A DNA stretch of 64,000 nucleotides from positions 11,019 through 75,018 of IMG/VR virus record IMGVR_UViG_3300013094_000033, one strand, 5' to 3'. The stretch comes from a virus. The notes beneath the pieces are model-generated. The model ran no database searches. It worked only from the letters and a program-made list of their open reading frames with translations, and was not told where the DNA came from. Below are positions 40,164 through 48,528 of the stretch, in pieces. A program made the translations under genes and the position numbers. The stretch's first letter is position 1, and each line of letters opens with the position of its first letter.

Positions 40164-40586
40164 TTATGCTGCGTTGGTGCTGTTTAAATTATGAATAACA
40201 ACAATTTGATTTGGGTTCACTCCTGGTGCAGGTGGAGGACTAGTAAAACTAATTCCGTAGCCACTAACTGAATAATTCGTTGTTGGTTGTTGATATACTC
40301 CGCCAATGAATACTGCAACTGCGGTTGGATCAGATTCGCTTTGTGTCATAGTAAATGCTTGTGTTAATCCATCACCAATGAATGTATCAACTACTAGCTG
40401 AACTGATCCAATTTTTGCAACTTGACTCCATGCATTGTTGTAATAAAATTCTATTTTACTTGTAGCTTGGTTAAATCTAATTAGACCATTAACTGGTGTG
40501 TCACCATATGCACTACTTGGAACCATTGGTAATAATGCCGCTTGTGCCCCATGTGCAAGTTCTGGATTTTTAAGAAATCTTGCCAT
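40164..40586 (-). CDS. Small virion structural protein
   Basis: GLIRFN..IEFY motif and FIGDGLTQAFT..IGGVYQ domain. Confidence 0.65.
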   Translation of the reverse strand: MARFLKNPELAHGAQAALLPMVPSSAYGDTPVNGLIRFNQATSKIEFYYNNAWSQVAKIGSVQLVVDTFIGDGLTQAFTMTQSESDPTAVAVFIGGVYQQPTTNYSVSGYGISFTSPPPAPGVNPNQIVVIHNLNSTNAA

Positions 40587-40588
40587 TA

Positions 40589-40897
40589 TTAAATTCCAAT
40601 ATAACTTATTGTTGAACTTACACCTGTGCTTGAACTTACGTTTGCATATACCGCATCGCCATTTCCAAGTGCGAATTTTTCTTGCGTGATTAATGTATTG
40701 TATGCGCTAATGCTTATATTTCCGTAAATTAAAGTTAACGAATTAGCACTAAATCCACTAGGTACCATGTATACGTTTGCATATACTGTTCCGTTAGTGT
40801 TGTTACAGATATGCATAGTAGATATTACGTTGTTACCAGAACTTGTATATATTGCTGCCGGTGAGCTATTGCTAAGTGATGCGTTTTGTAATGACAT
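40589..40897 (-). CDS. Small beta-rich virion protein
   Basis: 102 aa with IYT..ICN..L.NGD.V pattern; packed within the structural operon. Confidence 0.6.
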   Translation of the reverse strand: MSLQNASLSNSSPAAIYTSSGNNVISTMHICNNTNGTVYANVYMVPSGFSANSLTLIYGNISISAYNTLITQEKFALGNGDAVYANVSSSTGVSSTISYIGI

Positions 40898-40908
40898 GTT
40901 TGTTCCTA

Positions 40909-41484
40909 TTATCCAAATAAAATACTGTAGGCTACACTACGAGTCTTAGACATTAACTCGGTGTTTGTATATTTTGTGTTTGTTACATATACTCCAGTTC
41001 CGCCAGAATTAACAGTATTAGATAAAAATATCTGTACGTTTGCGGTAGTAGTACTGTCCCATAATGTATGCGAGTGCAAATCTAAATTACCGCCTAGTCC
41101 CGGAGTTAAATCTTGGTTAACATTTCCTAGCAACGAACCCGAACCTGATGTAGTCGCAATGTTTCCGTACCCAATACCGTTTGTTGTAATTTGCCAATTC
41201 TTTACTGTTTCGTTCCAACGTAAAAATACATTGGCTGCTAAACCTCTATCAATTTCTAATCCTGAATATGTAGACGAAACACCGTTTCCAGATTCGCCAG
41301 CATTTAGATAAAGAAAATTGTCAGATATACTTGTATTTGTTTGAGTAATACTTGTAGAATTACCACCAACTAATAAATTACCTTGAATAAAGAATGTACC
41401 GGTTGTAAAAGTAACATTACCCGACAGATTTGCATCTGAATTAATAACGTGATAATCACCGGAAATTCGCTTAGTAACACTCAT
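40909..41484 (-). CDS. Virion structural protein
   Basis: I.DN...LN.GE..SGLEIDRG..WNE fibre module; D.TP.LGGNLD motif. Confidence 0.65.
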   Translation of the reverse strand: MSVTKRISGDYHVINSDANLSGNVTFTTGTFFIQGNLLVGGNSTSITQTNTSISDNFLYLNAGESGNGVSSTYSGLEIDRGLAANVFLRWNETVKNWQITTNGIGYGNIATTSGSGSLLGNVNQDLTPGLGGNLDLHSHTLWDSTTTANVQIFLSNTVNSGGTGVYVTNTKYTNTELMSKTRSVAYSILFG

Positions 41485-41513
41485 ATAGATATCCTGTTTA
41501 TCAAGTATTTAGC

Positions 41514-41540
41514 AAAAGAAAACGGCCCGAAGGCCGTTTT
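41514..41540 (-). terminator. Rho-independent terminator
   Basis: AAAACGGCC-TTCG-GGCCGTTTT-CTTTT (cUUCGg loop) on the minus strand. Confidence 0.85.
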
Positions 41541-41557
41541 GTTAACGCTTAATTTAA

Positions 41558-42259
41558 TTAAGCACTTTGTACTTGAACAAATGTGCTGTCAGGAGTAGCT
41601 AAACGATAACGGAATTTGTTATAGTTGTAACTACCATTTGTGTTAGCACTTAGAGTGCCATCACTAGAGTAATCCCATACAAATTTGTTTGTAATACGAC
41701 TTGCGTATGTGCTAGTAGTAATAGAAACACCAGTTTGTCCTAAAACATTACCTGTTGTATTAACTGTAACATTACCAACTGCATTAACAGCAGTAACTTG
41801 AGCTACTGCGGCTGCGCCAGTAAAGCCAATGATATAGTCTCCAACACGTGGGCTAGCAACAGGACCAGTTACTGTACTACGAGTATCATATGTTATATAT
41901 GTAGAAGTAGCGCCACCTGCAATGTTAGCAGAAGCAATGTTAGCGGCTGTTGTATTCAAATTTATAAGAAGGTTCATTTGACCAGCGGCTGGATTTGGTG
42001 TGTTTGCTAATGTGCAATCACCAACGTTTGCGCTAGCATCTTGAACGCGGAATTTTTTACTGCCTTTTTGTGCAATAATAAAACCTTGTGCAGAACTTTG
42101 ACCGTTAATATGAACTTGACCTTGGATTTGATATCCAGATTGTCCTGTATCACCACCAGTACCACCGTAGTGAGCACCGTCAATGATTGTTTGACTTATA
42201 TACTTGTCAACTACTTGACCAGATACTGAATTTGTTTTTTGTACTTTAAATTTTGCCAT
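41558..42259 (-). CDS. Probable abundant virion (decoration-type) protein
   Basis: Monocistronic unit with own TAAATA promoter, strong SD and own terminator; small-residue-rich. Confidence 0.55.
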   Translation of the reverse strand: MAKFKVQKTNSVSGQVVDKYISQTIIDGAHYGGTGGDTGQSGYQIQGQVHINGQSSAQGFIIAQKGSKKFRVQDASANVGDCTLANTPNPAAGQMNLLINLNTTAANIASANIAGGATSTYITYDTRSTVTGPVASPRVGDYIIGFTGAAAVAQVTAVNAVGNVTVNTTGNVLGQTGVSITTSTYASRITNKFVWDYSSDGTLSANTNGSYNYNKFRYRLATPDSTFVQVQSA

Positions 42260-42343
42260 TTTATTTTTCCTTTATTGTTAGCGTTCTAGGCTACCCGAAG
42301 TGGTGCTCCGAGAGTTACTCGGCATGAGTGAACAATATATTTA
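42260..42343 (-). promoter_or_regulatory. Late promoter and structured GC-rich 5' leader (candidate cis-regulatory RNA)
   Basis: TAAATA at 42343-42338; CCGAG-TAACT-CTCGG hairpin, GC-ACC..GGT-A-GC hairpin and a GTTC/GAAC closing helix. Confidence 0.5.
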
Positions 42344-42348
42344 TCCAA

Positions 42349-42654
42349 TTAAAGATAAACTGAGTGTGCGTTTGTTGCGGCGCCAACCACTGTTACAGGA
42401 TTTGTTTTTACTGTTTTTGGTTTTGGCGCAGTATCCGCTGGCTGTATAGTATCAGCGCCAGGAGTTGCGTTACCTCTTGCTGATACCGCAGTGGTTTTGG
42501 TAGTTGCGGCTATAGAAGTTTTTACTGCGGCAGTACTGGTTACTGGCGCTGCTACTGGATTAGCAATTTTTGTTTTTACTGCTGCTGTAGTTGTTACAAC
42601 TGGATCTGCTGTCTTAGATGCGATGGTTACTTCTGCTGGTTTTTGTACTGACAT
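42349..42654 (-). CDS. Low-complexity Thr/Ala/Val/Pro/Lys-rich small protein
   Basis: Own TAAATA promoter and AAGGA SD; repeat PVxTxTAAVKTxIA. Confidence 0.6.
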   Translation of the reverse strand: MSVQKPAEVTIASKTADPVVTTTAAVKTKIANPVAAPVTSTAAVKTSIAATTKTTAVSARGNATPGADTIQPADTAPKPKTVKTNPVTVVGAATNAHSVYL

Positions 42655-42694
42655 AATACGTTCCTTAATTTATTAAGTATTTATTATGTACTTT

Positions 42695-44005
42695 CTACTT
42701 TTTGGTTTGCAAAGCAAAATAGTTATAGTATCTTGGTTTTATCTGTAGTTTTTTAACTAGTGTGTCAACATCCTCATCCCAATTTCCAGATTCTCTGATT
42801 ACTTTGTAATACTCAGGAAATGTTATTTTAAAATCTTCTTGCCGATATTCATCTTTAGCCATAGTCCAAAATTTAAAATCTTCCCATGCACTGGCATCTG
42901 CAGGAGTTTCCATGAATTTTAAAACTCGGTCTAATCTTGGATTATTAAATTTGCTAAATTTTTCAACAACAGCAGATTTAACTTGATCAGGTAAATTTTT
43001 AATATTATAGTATGAAGGATTTGTTGCTAGATTTAAATGAGGGTCAGTATCAGTTGCTTGTGTTAACCATTCTACTAACTCTGGCAAATAATATATATTC
43101 AAACTAGTAATAGCAATGCTAGGTAGTAAAGAAAAATAATTATTTGTAGATGCAAATTTTTCTCTGAGTACAGTATGAAACCAATTTATATTTTTTGATA
43201 CATTACTCCACTTAGCAGGAAATCTAATATATTCAAATTGATCACCTAGCCCGTCAATACTTAAATTTAAATTAAAAGATTTAAAATGGCTTACAGAATC
43301 AACCCAGTCATCATCAGGTAACGTAGTTGTGTTTGTGCTTATATTAAGAAATATTTCTTTACTACGACCAGATTCAGCTAATTTTTTTAATAGCTTTGGA
43401 GTTTGTGTATCTAGCAACGGTTCGCCACCATAAAATTCAAGTCTTTTTAAATTTCCAGTGAACTCATAAATTTCATCTAGCTGTTGATCTGTCCATTCAT
43501 TACGATCTGGACCTCTTGTATAATAGTGTTCGTTAAGCAAATACTTTTCTTTATAATGCTCGCCTTCAATTTTGTATAGCACAGAATCTGTACTGTTGCA
43601 ACTACGGCATCGCAAATTACAAAAGTTGTTAACTTTCATAACTAACTGCATTGGACCATTTTTATAAAATGTTTCTTGTAATGCAGTCTCAGGTGTTATA
43701 TCAGTAAAATGTAGTTTTGTTTCTGTGCCGTCAGGATCTGTTTCGGTATCGTAAATAGACTTTCTTAGACTATATCCGCCAGCATCTTCTCTACTCCAAC
43801 ATATATTGCACTCAGGCATTTTTTCATTGCTTAGTGTTCTTTTTCGAAAATCTTGTAGTTCAACACTTTGCCATCTATCACGCATAGGTATATTATTAAA
43901 ATTCCAAAGGTCACCGCCTAATGTAGGGCACGGTGCCTGATTACCTGATGGATCAATAGTATTAAAAATAAAAGGTGCAAGACAAAGATTTTTTGGAAAA
44001 GACAT
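42695..44005 (-). CDS. Radical SAM protein with N-terminal twitch-like domain
   Basis: CNLRCRSC, YGGEPLL, ISTN and LSIDG; N-terminal LCLAPF..PC..ECNIC. Confidence 0.9.
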   Translation of the reverse strand: MSFPKNLCLAPFIFNTIDPSGNQAPCPTLGGDLWNFNNIPMRDRWQSVELQDFRKRTLSNEKMPECNICWSREDAGGYSLRKSIYDTETDPDGTETKLHFTDITPETALQETFYKNGPMQLVMKVNNFCNLRCRSCNSTDSVLYKIEGEHYKEKYLLNEHYYTRGPDRNEWTDQQLDEIYEFTGNLKRLEFYGGEPLLDTQTPKLLKKLAESGRSKEIFLNISTNTTTLPDDDWVDSVSHFKSFNLNLSIDGLGDQFEYIRFPAKWSNVSKNINWFHTVLREKFASTNNYFSLLPSIAITSLNIYYLPELVEWLTQATDTDPHLNLATNPSYYNIKNLPDQVKSAVVEKFSKFNNPRLDRVLKFMETPADASAWEDFKFWTMAKDEYRQEDFKITFPEYYKVIRESGNWDEDVDTLVKKLQIKPRYYNYFALQTKK

Positions 44006-44014
44006 AATCAGTTT

Positions 44015-44054
44015 TATTTATAGTACAGTATAGCACTAAAGAATATATAGTCAA
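44015..44054 (-). promoter_or_regulatory. Tandem sigma70-like and late promoters for the radical SAM gene
   Basis: TTGACT-N16-TATACT with TG extension, then TATAAATA at 44022-44015. Confidence 0.55.
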
Positions 44055-44055
44055 C

Positions 44056-44080
44056 AAAAAAGGACCTTGCGGTCCTTTTT
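44056..44080 (-). terminator. Rho-independent (bidirectional-type) terminator after the major capsid gene
   Basis: AAAAAGGACC-GCAA-GGTCCTTTTTT on the minus strand. Confidence 0.88.
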
Positions 44081-44125
44081 GTTCCTTCCCGTAAACCCAG
44101 CGTACTGGGCTCCCGAACGAGTGGA

Positions 44126-45310
44126 TTATTGGAATGATAGATTTGCTACAGCAATCTCACCAACGTAGTCGCCAGCGTTACCTAGAGACGATGCTGTGTT
44201 TGTTAACTCAACATAGCCGTAACGTGTCATAAACGAAACTACTGGTTCGAATGTGCTTGGATCTAGAACAACACCAGAAGACATCAATGGGATATATGGG
44301 CAATAGAACGCAGCTGCATCAGCTTCGCTAGAACCTTTATATCCAACCAATACTGCTTGGCTGTCGTTTGCATAACCGTCAACATAAATCTTCATTGCGC
44401 CGTTCAATGTACCAACAAACTTAGTGTTTGTAGGTGCTTCGAATGTACCTTCTGTTGTACGAGCAAAAGCTGAAGTAGTTGCAGATTGCAATACTGTCAA
44501 TGATGCTGGAGATACAACTGCCCAGTTACCTGCGCCACGACGTGTACGTTGAGCAATCAAGTTAGCTGTACGATTGATCAATACTGCTAAAGCAGCATGC
44601 TCATCACCAACGAATGTTGCTGTACCAGAAACTGCTGACTGGTCATATGTGTAGTCAGTAGCAGCTAGTGCACGTAGTGAACCAAGAATTTCTTGGTCAA
44701 TTTCAACTGTAATTTCTTGAGCCAAAGCTGCCATAATTTCTGCTTCAACATCTAGACCATGCATAGATTGTGCATCTTGTGCGGCCTCAAACGTCCAACG
44801 AGCTGACAATTTGCGAGTTTTAGCCTCAACAACTTGTTTCAAGATTTGAACGTTAATTCTGTTACCTGCAGTACCTTCAAGAGCTGCTGTACTTGATGCT
44901 TGACCAGTTGCGTTAGAACCAGAATAAGCAGTAGCAATCTTGAATGGTGATAATGCTTCATCACCAGCTGCAACAGAAGTTGCGTATGCTGAACCGTCAG
45001 CTACAGCGTCAGCATAACGTACACGTAGTGTATGAATCTGAGCAACTGGACCTGTCATTGGTTGTACACCAACGATTTCGTTAGCAATAACTGTAGGCAT
45101 AACACGACGGATAACTGGTAGAATAACACGATTAAGTGTTGCTACGTTACCTGCTTGTGTACCACCTGGTGTTGCATTTTCTGCCAACATTTTACGAGTG
45201 TTTTCTAAGATTACGCCCATTGTTGTACGACGTGAACCTTGTAAGCCTTCTAGCAGAGCGTCTTTGGTTTCGCCCCAACGGCTTTCTAATAATGCTTGTG
45301 TCATTTCCAT
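44126..45310 (-). CDS. gp23: Major capsid protein, T4 gp23-like
   Basis: IRRVMPTVIANEIVGVQPMTGP, AKTRKLSARWTFEAAQD, EIDQEI, FYCPYIPL and TRYG. Confidence 0.97.
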   Translation of the reverse strand: MEMTQALLESRWGETKDALLEGLQGSRRTTMGVILENTRKMLAENATPGGTQAGNVATLNRVILPVIRRVMPTVIANEIVGVQPMTGPVAQIHTLRVRYADAVADGSAYATSVAAGDEALSPFKIATAYSGSNATGQASSTAALEGTAGNRINVQILKQVVEAKTRKLSARWTFEAAQDAQSMHGLDVEAEIMAALAQEITVEIDQEILGSLRALAATDYTYDQSAVSGTATFVGDEHAALAVLINRTANLIAQRTRRGAGNWAVVSPASLTVLQSATTSAFARTTEGTFEAPTNTKFVGTLNGAMKIYVDGYANDSQAVLVGYKGSSEADAAAFYCPYIPLMSSGVVLDPSTFEPVVSFMTRYGYVELTNTASSLGNAGDYVGEIAVANLSFQ

Positions 45311-45331
45311 TTTCTCCTATTTAGGGTTAAG

Positions 45332-46447
45332 TCACTTAAGCCCTGCTAAACGTTTGATTTCAAATACATTGTCTTGCGACTCTGTTACTTTAGTTTCAAC
45401 TTGTGTTTTAGCAGATTTATCACCAGTTACTACTTGACGGCTCTCAGTTAATACTGCGGCCTTGGGGGCAGGAGTAGTAACAGCAGAACTGTTTAGCACA
45501 GCTGGTAGATATTTTTCATATGCAGATTGTAACTTATCTGTCTGCACTGATTCAAGTAAGTCACGCATGATTGCAGACTTCTCTTTGTTTAAAGGTTTCA
45601 ACATTTCTGCAAGACGTTCCTTGCGTTCTGCTGATTCCTTAATGATACGGATTTCTTTTTCTTTTGATTCAACTAAAGATTTTTTCGCTTCAATTGCAGA
45701 AACTGCTTCTTGCAGTTTAGCAGTTACAGTTTCAACTTGTGATTGTAACTCACGGATTTGCTTGTTCTCATTTAAGTGAGTACCTGCAAATTCGCTAGCG
45801 AATGCTTCAAATAGACGACGACCAAACATGTTCTCACGAGCAATTTGGATGTCTTCTTTTAGTTGAGTCAATTCTGACTCTAACGAACTGGTAATAGCCT
45901 CTTGAACGGCTTGAGCAGATTGTTTAACAAACTTGGCTTGTAGTTCAGCTAGTTTAGCTTTACCTTCAGCAACTAAACGAACCTTAGTTTCCACTACTGC
46001 TTGTTTGTCTGTTTCAAATTCTTTAATTTCTTCTGCAAGTGCGCGGATTGTGAACTTTTCTAGTTTGCTAATAGCAGACTCGTAAACTTTACGATCGTTG
46101 CGTAGTTCGCGGATTTCTTCTGATAATTTGCTTACCATAAAATCGTTAAACTTGCCGGCTGATTCGCTCATGTGCTGTTTAAATTTCACACGGTCTTCAG
46201 CTAATTTCTTCTTTTCGTCTGCAAACTCATTGAGTTCAGCAGTTAGAGACTCGGTTACCATTTTGTCAAGAGCTTCAACCATAACTTGTTTGTCATGTGA
46301 ATAACGTTGTGCGAATTCTTCACGTAGTTCAGCACGAGCCTGCTCTTTTGCTTCAGTAACTCTGGCTTCCCAGGCTTCAGCAATAGCTTGACGTGTGTCT
46401 TCGTTAATAATTCCGTTATCCAACAATGGTTTGATAGCATCTAACAT
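45332..46447 (-). CDS. gp22: Prohead core scaffold, gp22-like
   Basis: Glu/Lys/Ala coiled coil with GRRLFEAF; located between protease and capsid genes. Confidence 0.8.
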   Translation of the reverse strand: MLDAIKPLLDNGIINEDTRQAIAEAWEARVTEAKEQARAELREEFAQRYSHDKQVMVEALDKMVTESLTAELNEFADEKKKLAEDRVKFKQHMSESAGKFNDFMVSKLSEEIRELRNDRKVYESAISKLEKFTIRALAEEIKEFETDKQAVVETKVRLVAEGKAKLAELQAKFVKQSAQAVQEAITSSLESELTQLKEDIQIARENMFGRRLFEAFASEFAGTHLNENKQIRELQSQVETVTAKLQEAVSAIEAKKSLVESKEKEIRIIKESAERKERLAEMLKPLNKEKSAIMRDLLESVQTDKLQSAYEKYLPAVLNSSAVTTPAPKAAVLTESRQVVTGDKSAKTQVETKVTESQDNVFEIKRLAGLK

Positions 46448-46459
46448 TGGATATTTCTC

Positions 46460-47098
46460 CTATAGTTTTAGTTCTTTGATAAAGCCTGTCATGGCTTCTT
46501 TCAGGTACTTTTGTACTCGTTGATCTTGATTGGCTTCTTTAGCCATCTCAAATATTTTCGCACCGCCGTTCATGTTCATCAAACTTTCATAAATTGCTTT
46601 AGGATAAGCGTGAGGAGCACTAGGTTGTGCAACAATGTCCACAGTAATGATTTCAAAATCACTAACATGACCACTGCCTTCGTTAACATTACCAGATCCA
46701 CGTGAACTTACACCTAGCTTAACGCCACTTGTAATCATGGATTCAACTAATTGTCCCATTGGTGTTGGTAATATCTTCAATTTGCCAAATCCACAAGGGC
46801 CGTCCATCCACATTTGTTCAATCATGTGGCTAACGCGATCCAAGTTAATTTTCAAATCGTCTGGATGATCTACTTCGCCTAGGACGGAGTATCCACCTTT
46901 AATCTGTTCGTTAATAGTTTCTACAGCCTTTTGTATTTCGTGAACGGGATAAACACGTTGGTTAGCGTTCTTCACGCCTCCCTCAATGAATATCCCTTTC
47001 ATATAGAGATTCTTACCCTTCCCGTCAGTCTTTTCTTCAGTGATAACCTGAATACCAGCCCGGTCAAAAGTTAAGTTCTCGCGTAGGTACAAAGCCAT
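46460..47098 (-). CDS. gp21: Prohead protease, gp21-like
   Basis: GIFIEG..NANQRVYP, GEVDHP, LGVSSRGSG and DIVAQPSAP motifs. Confidence 0.95.
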   Translation of the reverse strand: MALYLRENLTFDRAGIQVITEEKTDGKGKNLYMKGIFIEGGVKNANQRVYPVHEIQKAVETINEQIKGGYSVLGEVDHPDDLKINLDRVSHMIEQMWMDGPCGFGKLKILPTPMGQLVESMITSGVKLGVSSRGSGNVNEGSGHVSDFEIITVDIVAQPSAPHAYPKAIYESLMNMNGGAKIFEMAKEANQDQRVQKYLKEAMTGFIKELKL

Positions 47099-47110
47099 TT
47101 GTAGTTCCTA

Positions 47111-48163
47111 TTACTTCTTACCAGTGTTCTGCTTTTGAACACTCTTATCGTTAACTGGAATTGAGCCATCATCTCCGGCTAATTTACCAGTTTCTTTTTC
47201 TTTAGTTTCTGCGCCACCACCTTGATGTGCTTGGTTAGACTTAAATCCAGTCTTTCCTGCGTCACCACCGGGTACGTTTTGGAATTTACCAGCGTGTGGC
47301 AAATTGCCTTCACCTTTGGTATATTCGTTGCTTGGTTGTGGAACGGGTTTGTTATCAGGGGACTCGTTAGCACCACCATTTGCAATGTTGTTTGACTCGC
47401 CACCAAAGTTAGCACCTGGGCCTACTGAGCCAGGCTTCTTATTGATAGTTGTTTTACCAGTTTTGTTGCCTGTACCAACTGCTGTACCTTCAGCTGCATC
47501 ACCTTGACCGCCGTAGATATCACCAATCTTGTCAACATATTCACGCATTAATTGTGCTGTGGACTTGCTTTCCATTTTGCCAGAACCGCTTTTGCCGCTT
47601 CCAGACTTACCTGAACCGCTTACACCAGAACCGCTTTTGCCGCTTCCAGACTTACCTGAACCGCTTTTAGCAAAAGGATTACCAGCTTCCATCATGCCCA
47701 TACTTTCTTCTTCAGGATGTGGCTCTTCTTCACCAGCTGGCTCTTCACCTGCTGTTGCTATTTCCCCACCGCCCATGATTTCATCAAACTTGGCTAATAG
47801 CTCGTCAAGTTTGCTGTCAATATTCATTACAGTACCTTCAATTTCTTGGTGCTCAGATGACAAATCATCAGCGTCTACTTCACCATCAGCTGGCATGCTA
47901 CCGCTCATATCGTCCATGTCATCCATGTCATCCATGTCGCCGTCCATTGGGGCTTCGTCGCCTTCGCCCATTGACTCTTCGGTACTAATTTCGTCAACCA
48001 TGTCTTCAACTTGGTTGCCTGCGACTTCTTCCATAGATTCTTCATCCATGATAGATTCATAAATGTCGCGTGACTTCTCTACAACGATGTCGTGAAATAA
48101 AGCACGAGCTTTGTCATCTTCATCGTTAATAATATATTCAATTAATTTTTCAAACTTGTTCAT
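47111..48163 (-). CDS. Acidic prohead core protein (gp67/gp68 position)
   Basis: Very acidic, low-complexity, with SGSGK repeats; located between portal and protease genes. Confidence 0.6.
   Translation of the reverse strand: MNKFEKLIEYIINDEDDKARALFHDIVVEKSRDIYESIMDEESMEEVAGNQVEDMVDEISTEESMGEGDEAPMDGDMDDMDDMDDMSGSMPADGEVDADDLSSEHQEIEGTVMNIDSKLDELLAKFDEIMGGGEIATAGEEPAGEEEPHPEEESMGMMEAGNPFAKSGSGKSGSGKSGSGVSGSGKSGSGKSGSGKMESKSTAQLMREYVDKIGDIYGGQGDAAEGTAVGTGNKTGKTTINKKPGSVGPGANFGGESNNIANGGANESPDNKPVPQPSNEYTKGEGNLPHAGKFQNVPGGDAGKTGFKSNQAHQGGGAETKEKETGKLAGDDGSIPVNDKSVQKQNTGKK
47580..47666. repeat. Tandem direct repeat (42 nt identical, 45-nt period) encoding six SGSG(K/V) units
   Basis: CCAGAACCGCTTTTGCCGCTTCCAGACTTACCTGAACCGCTT at 47580 and 47625. 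Confidence 0.9.
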
Positions 48164-48275
48164 TAGAACTCCTTAATAAGTTGGCTTTGTAAAGTTATTT
48201 ACAAAACTACGCATATTTAGGGGTTAAATGGGTGTTTTTTGAATGATTTTAGAATACTATATAGTATTCAGGCTT

Positions 48276-48506
48276 TTATAAGCCGGGTGCACCGCCTTCG
48301 GCTGCCGGTTGATACTGTTTTGATACAGCTTTTAATTTCTTTTCATGTTCCAATTTACGAACATCGTGTCCTTTACGCAATTGGTTTAAATGCGCTAAAG
48401 TAAAGCGTGTAGCACCACGACTGTCAGTCTTTTTAGCTATATTCTGATCATCTTTCTCAGAGTAATAGCCTTCCGGTGCGTGATCAAATAGTTCAAAAAT
48501 GTTCAT
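48276..48506 (-). CDS. Small hypothetical head-module protein
   Basis: 76 aa; TAAATA 5 nt upstream; MNIFELF start. Confidence 0.65.
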   Translation of the reverse strand: MNIFELFDHAPEGYYSEKDDQNIAKKTDSRGATRFTLAHLNQLRKGHDVRKLEHEKKLKAVSKQYQPAAEGGAPGL

Positions 48507-48528
48507 AATACTATTTAACCTTTTTTAA

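Noticed and set aside
44085-44125. Separate small RNA between the capsid stop and its terminator (CCCAG-TACG-CTGGG hairpin)
   Set aside because: Only one short hairpin is present, which is adequately explained as a 3' UTR stability element.
47111-48163. SGSGKS repeats as Walker A motifs
   Set aside because: They are tandem low-complexity repeats in a disordered acidic protein, with no preceding beta-strand or Walker B.
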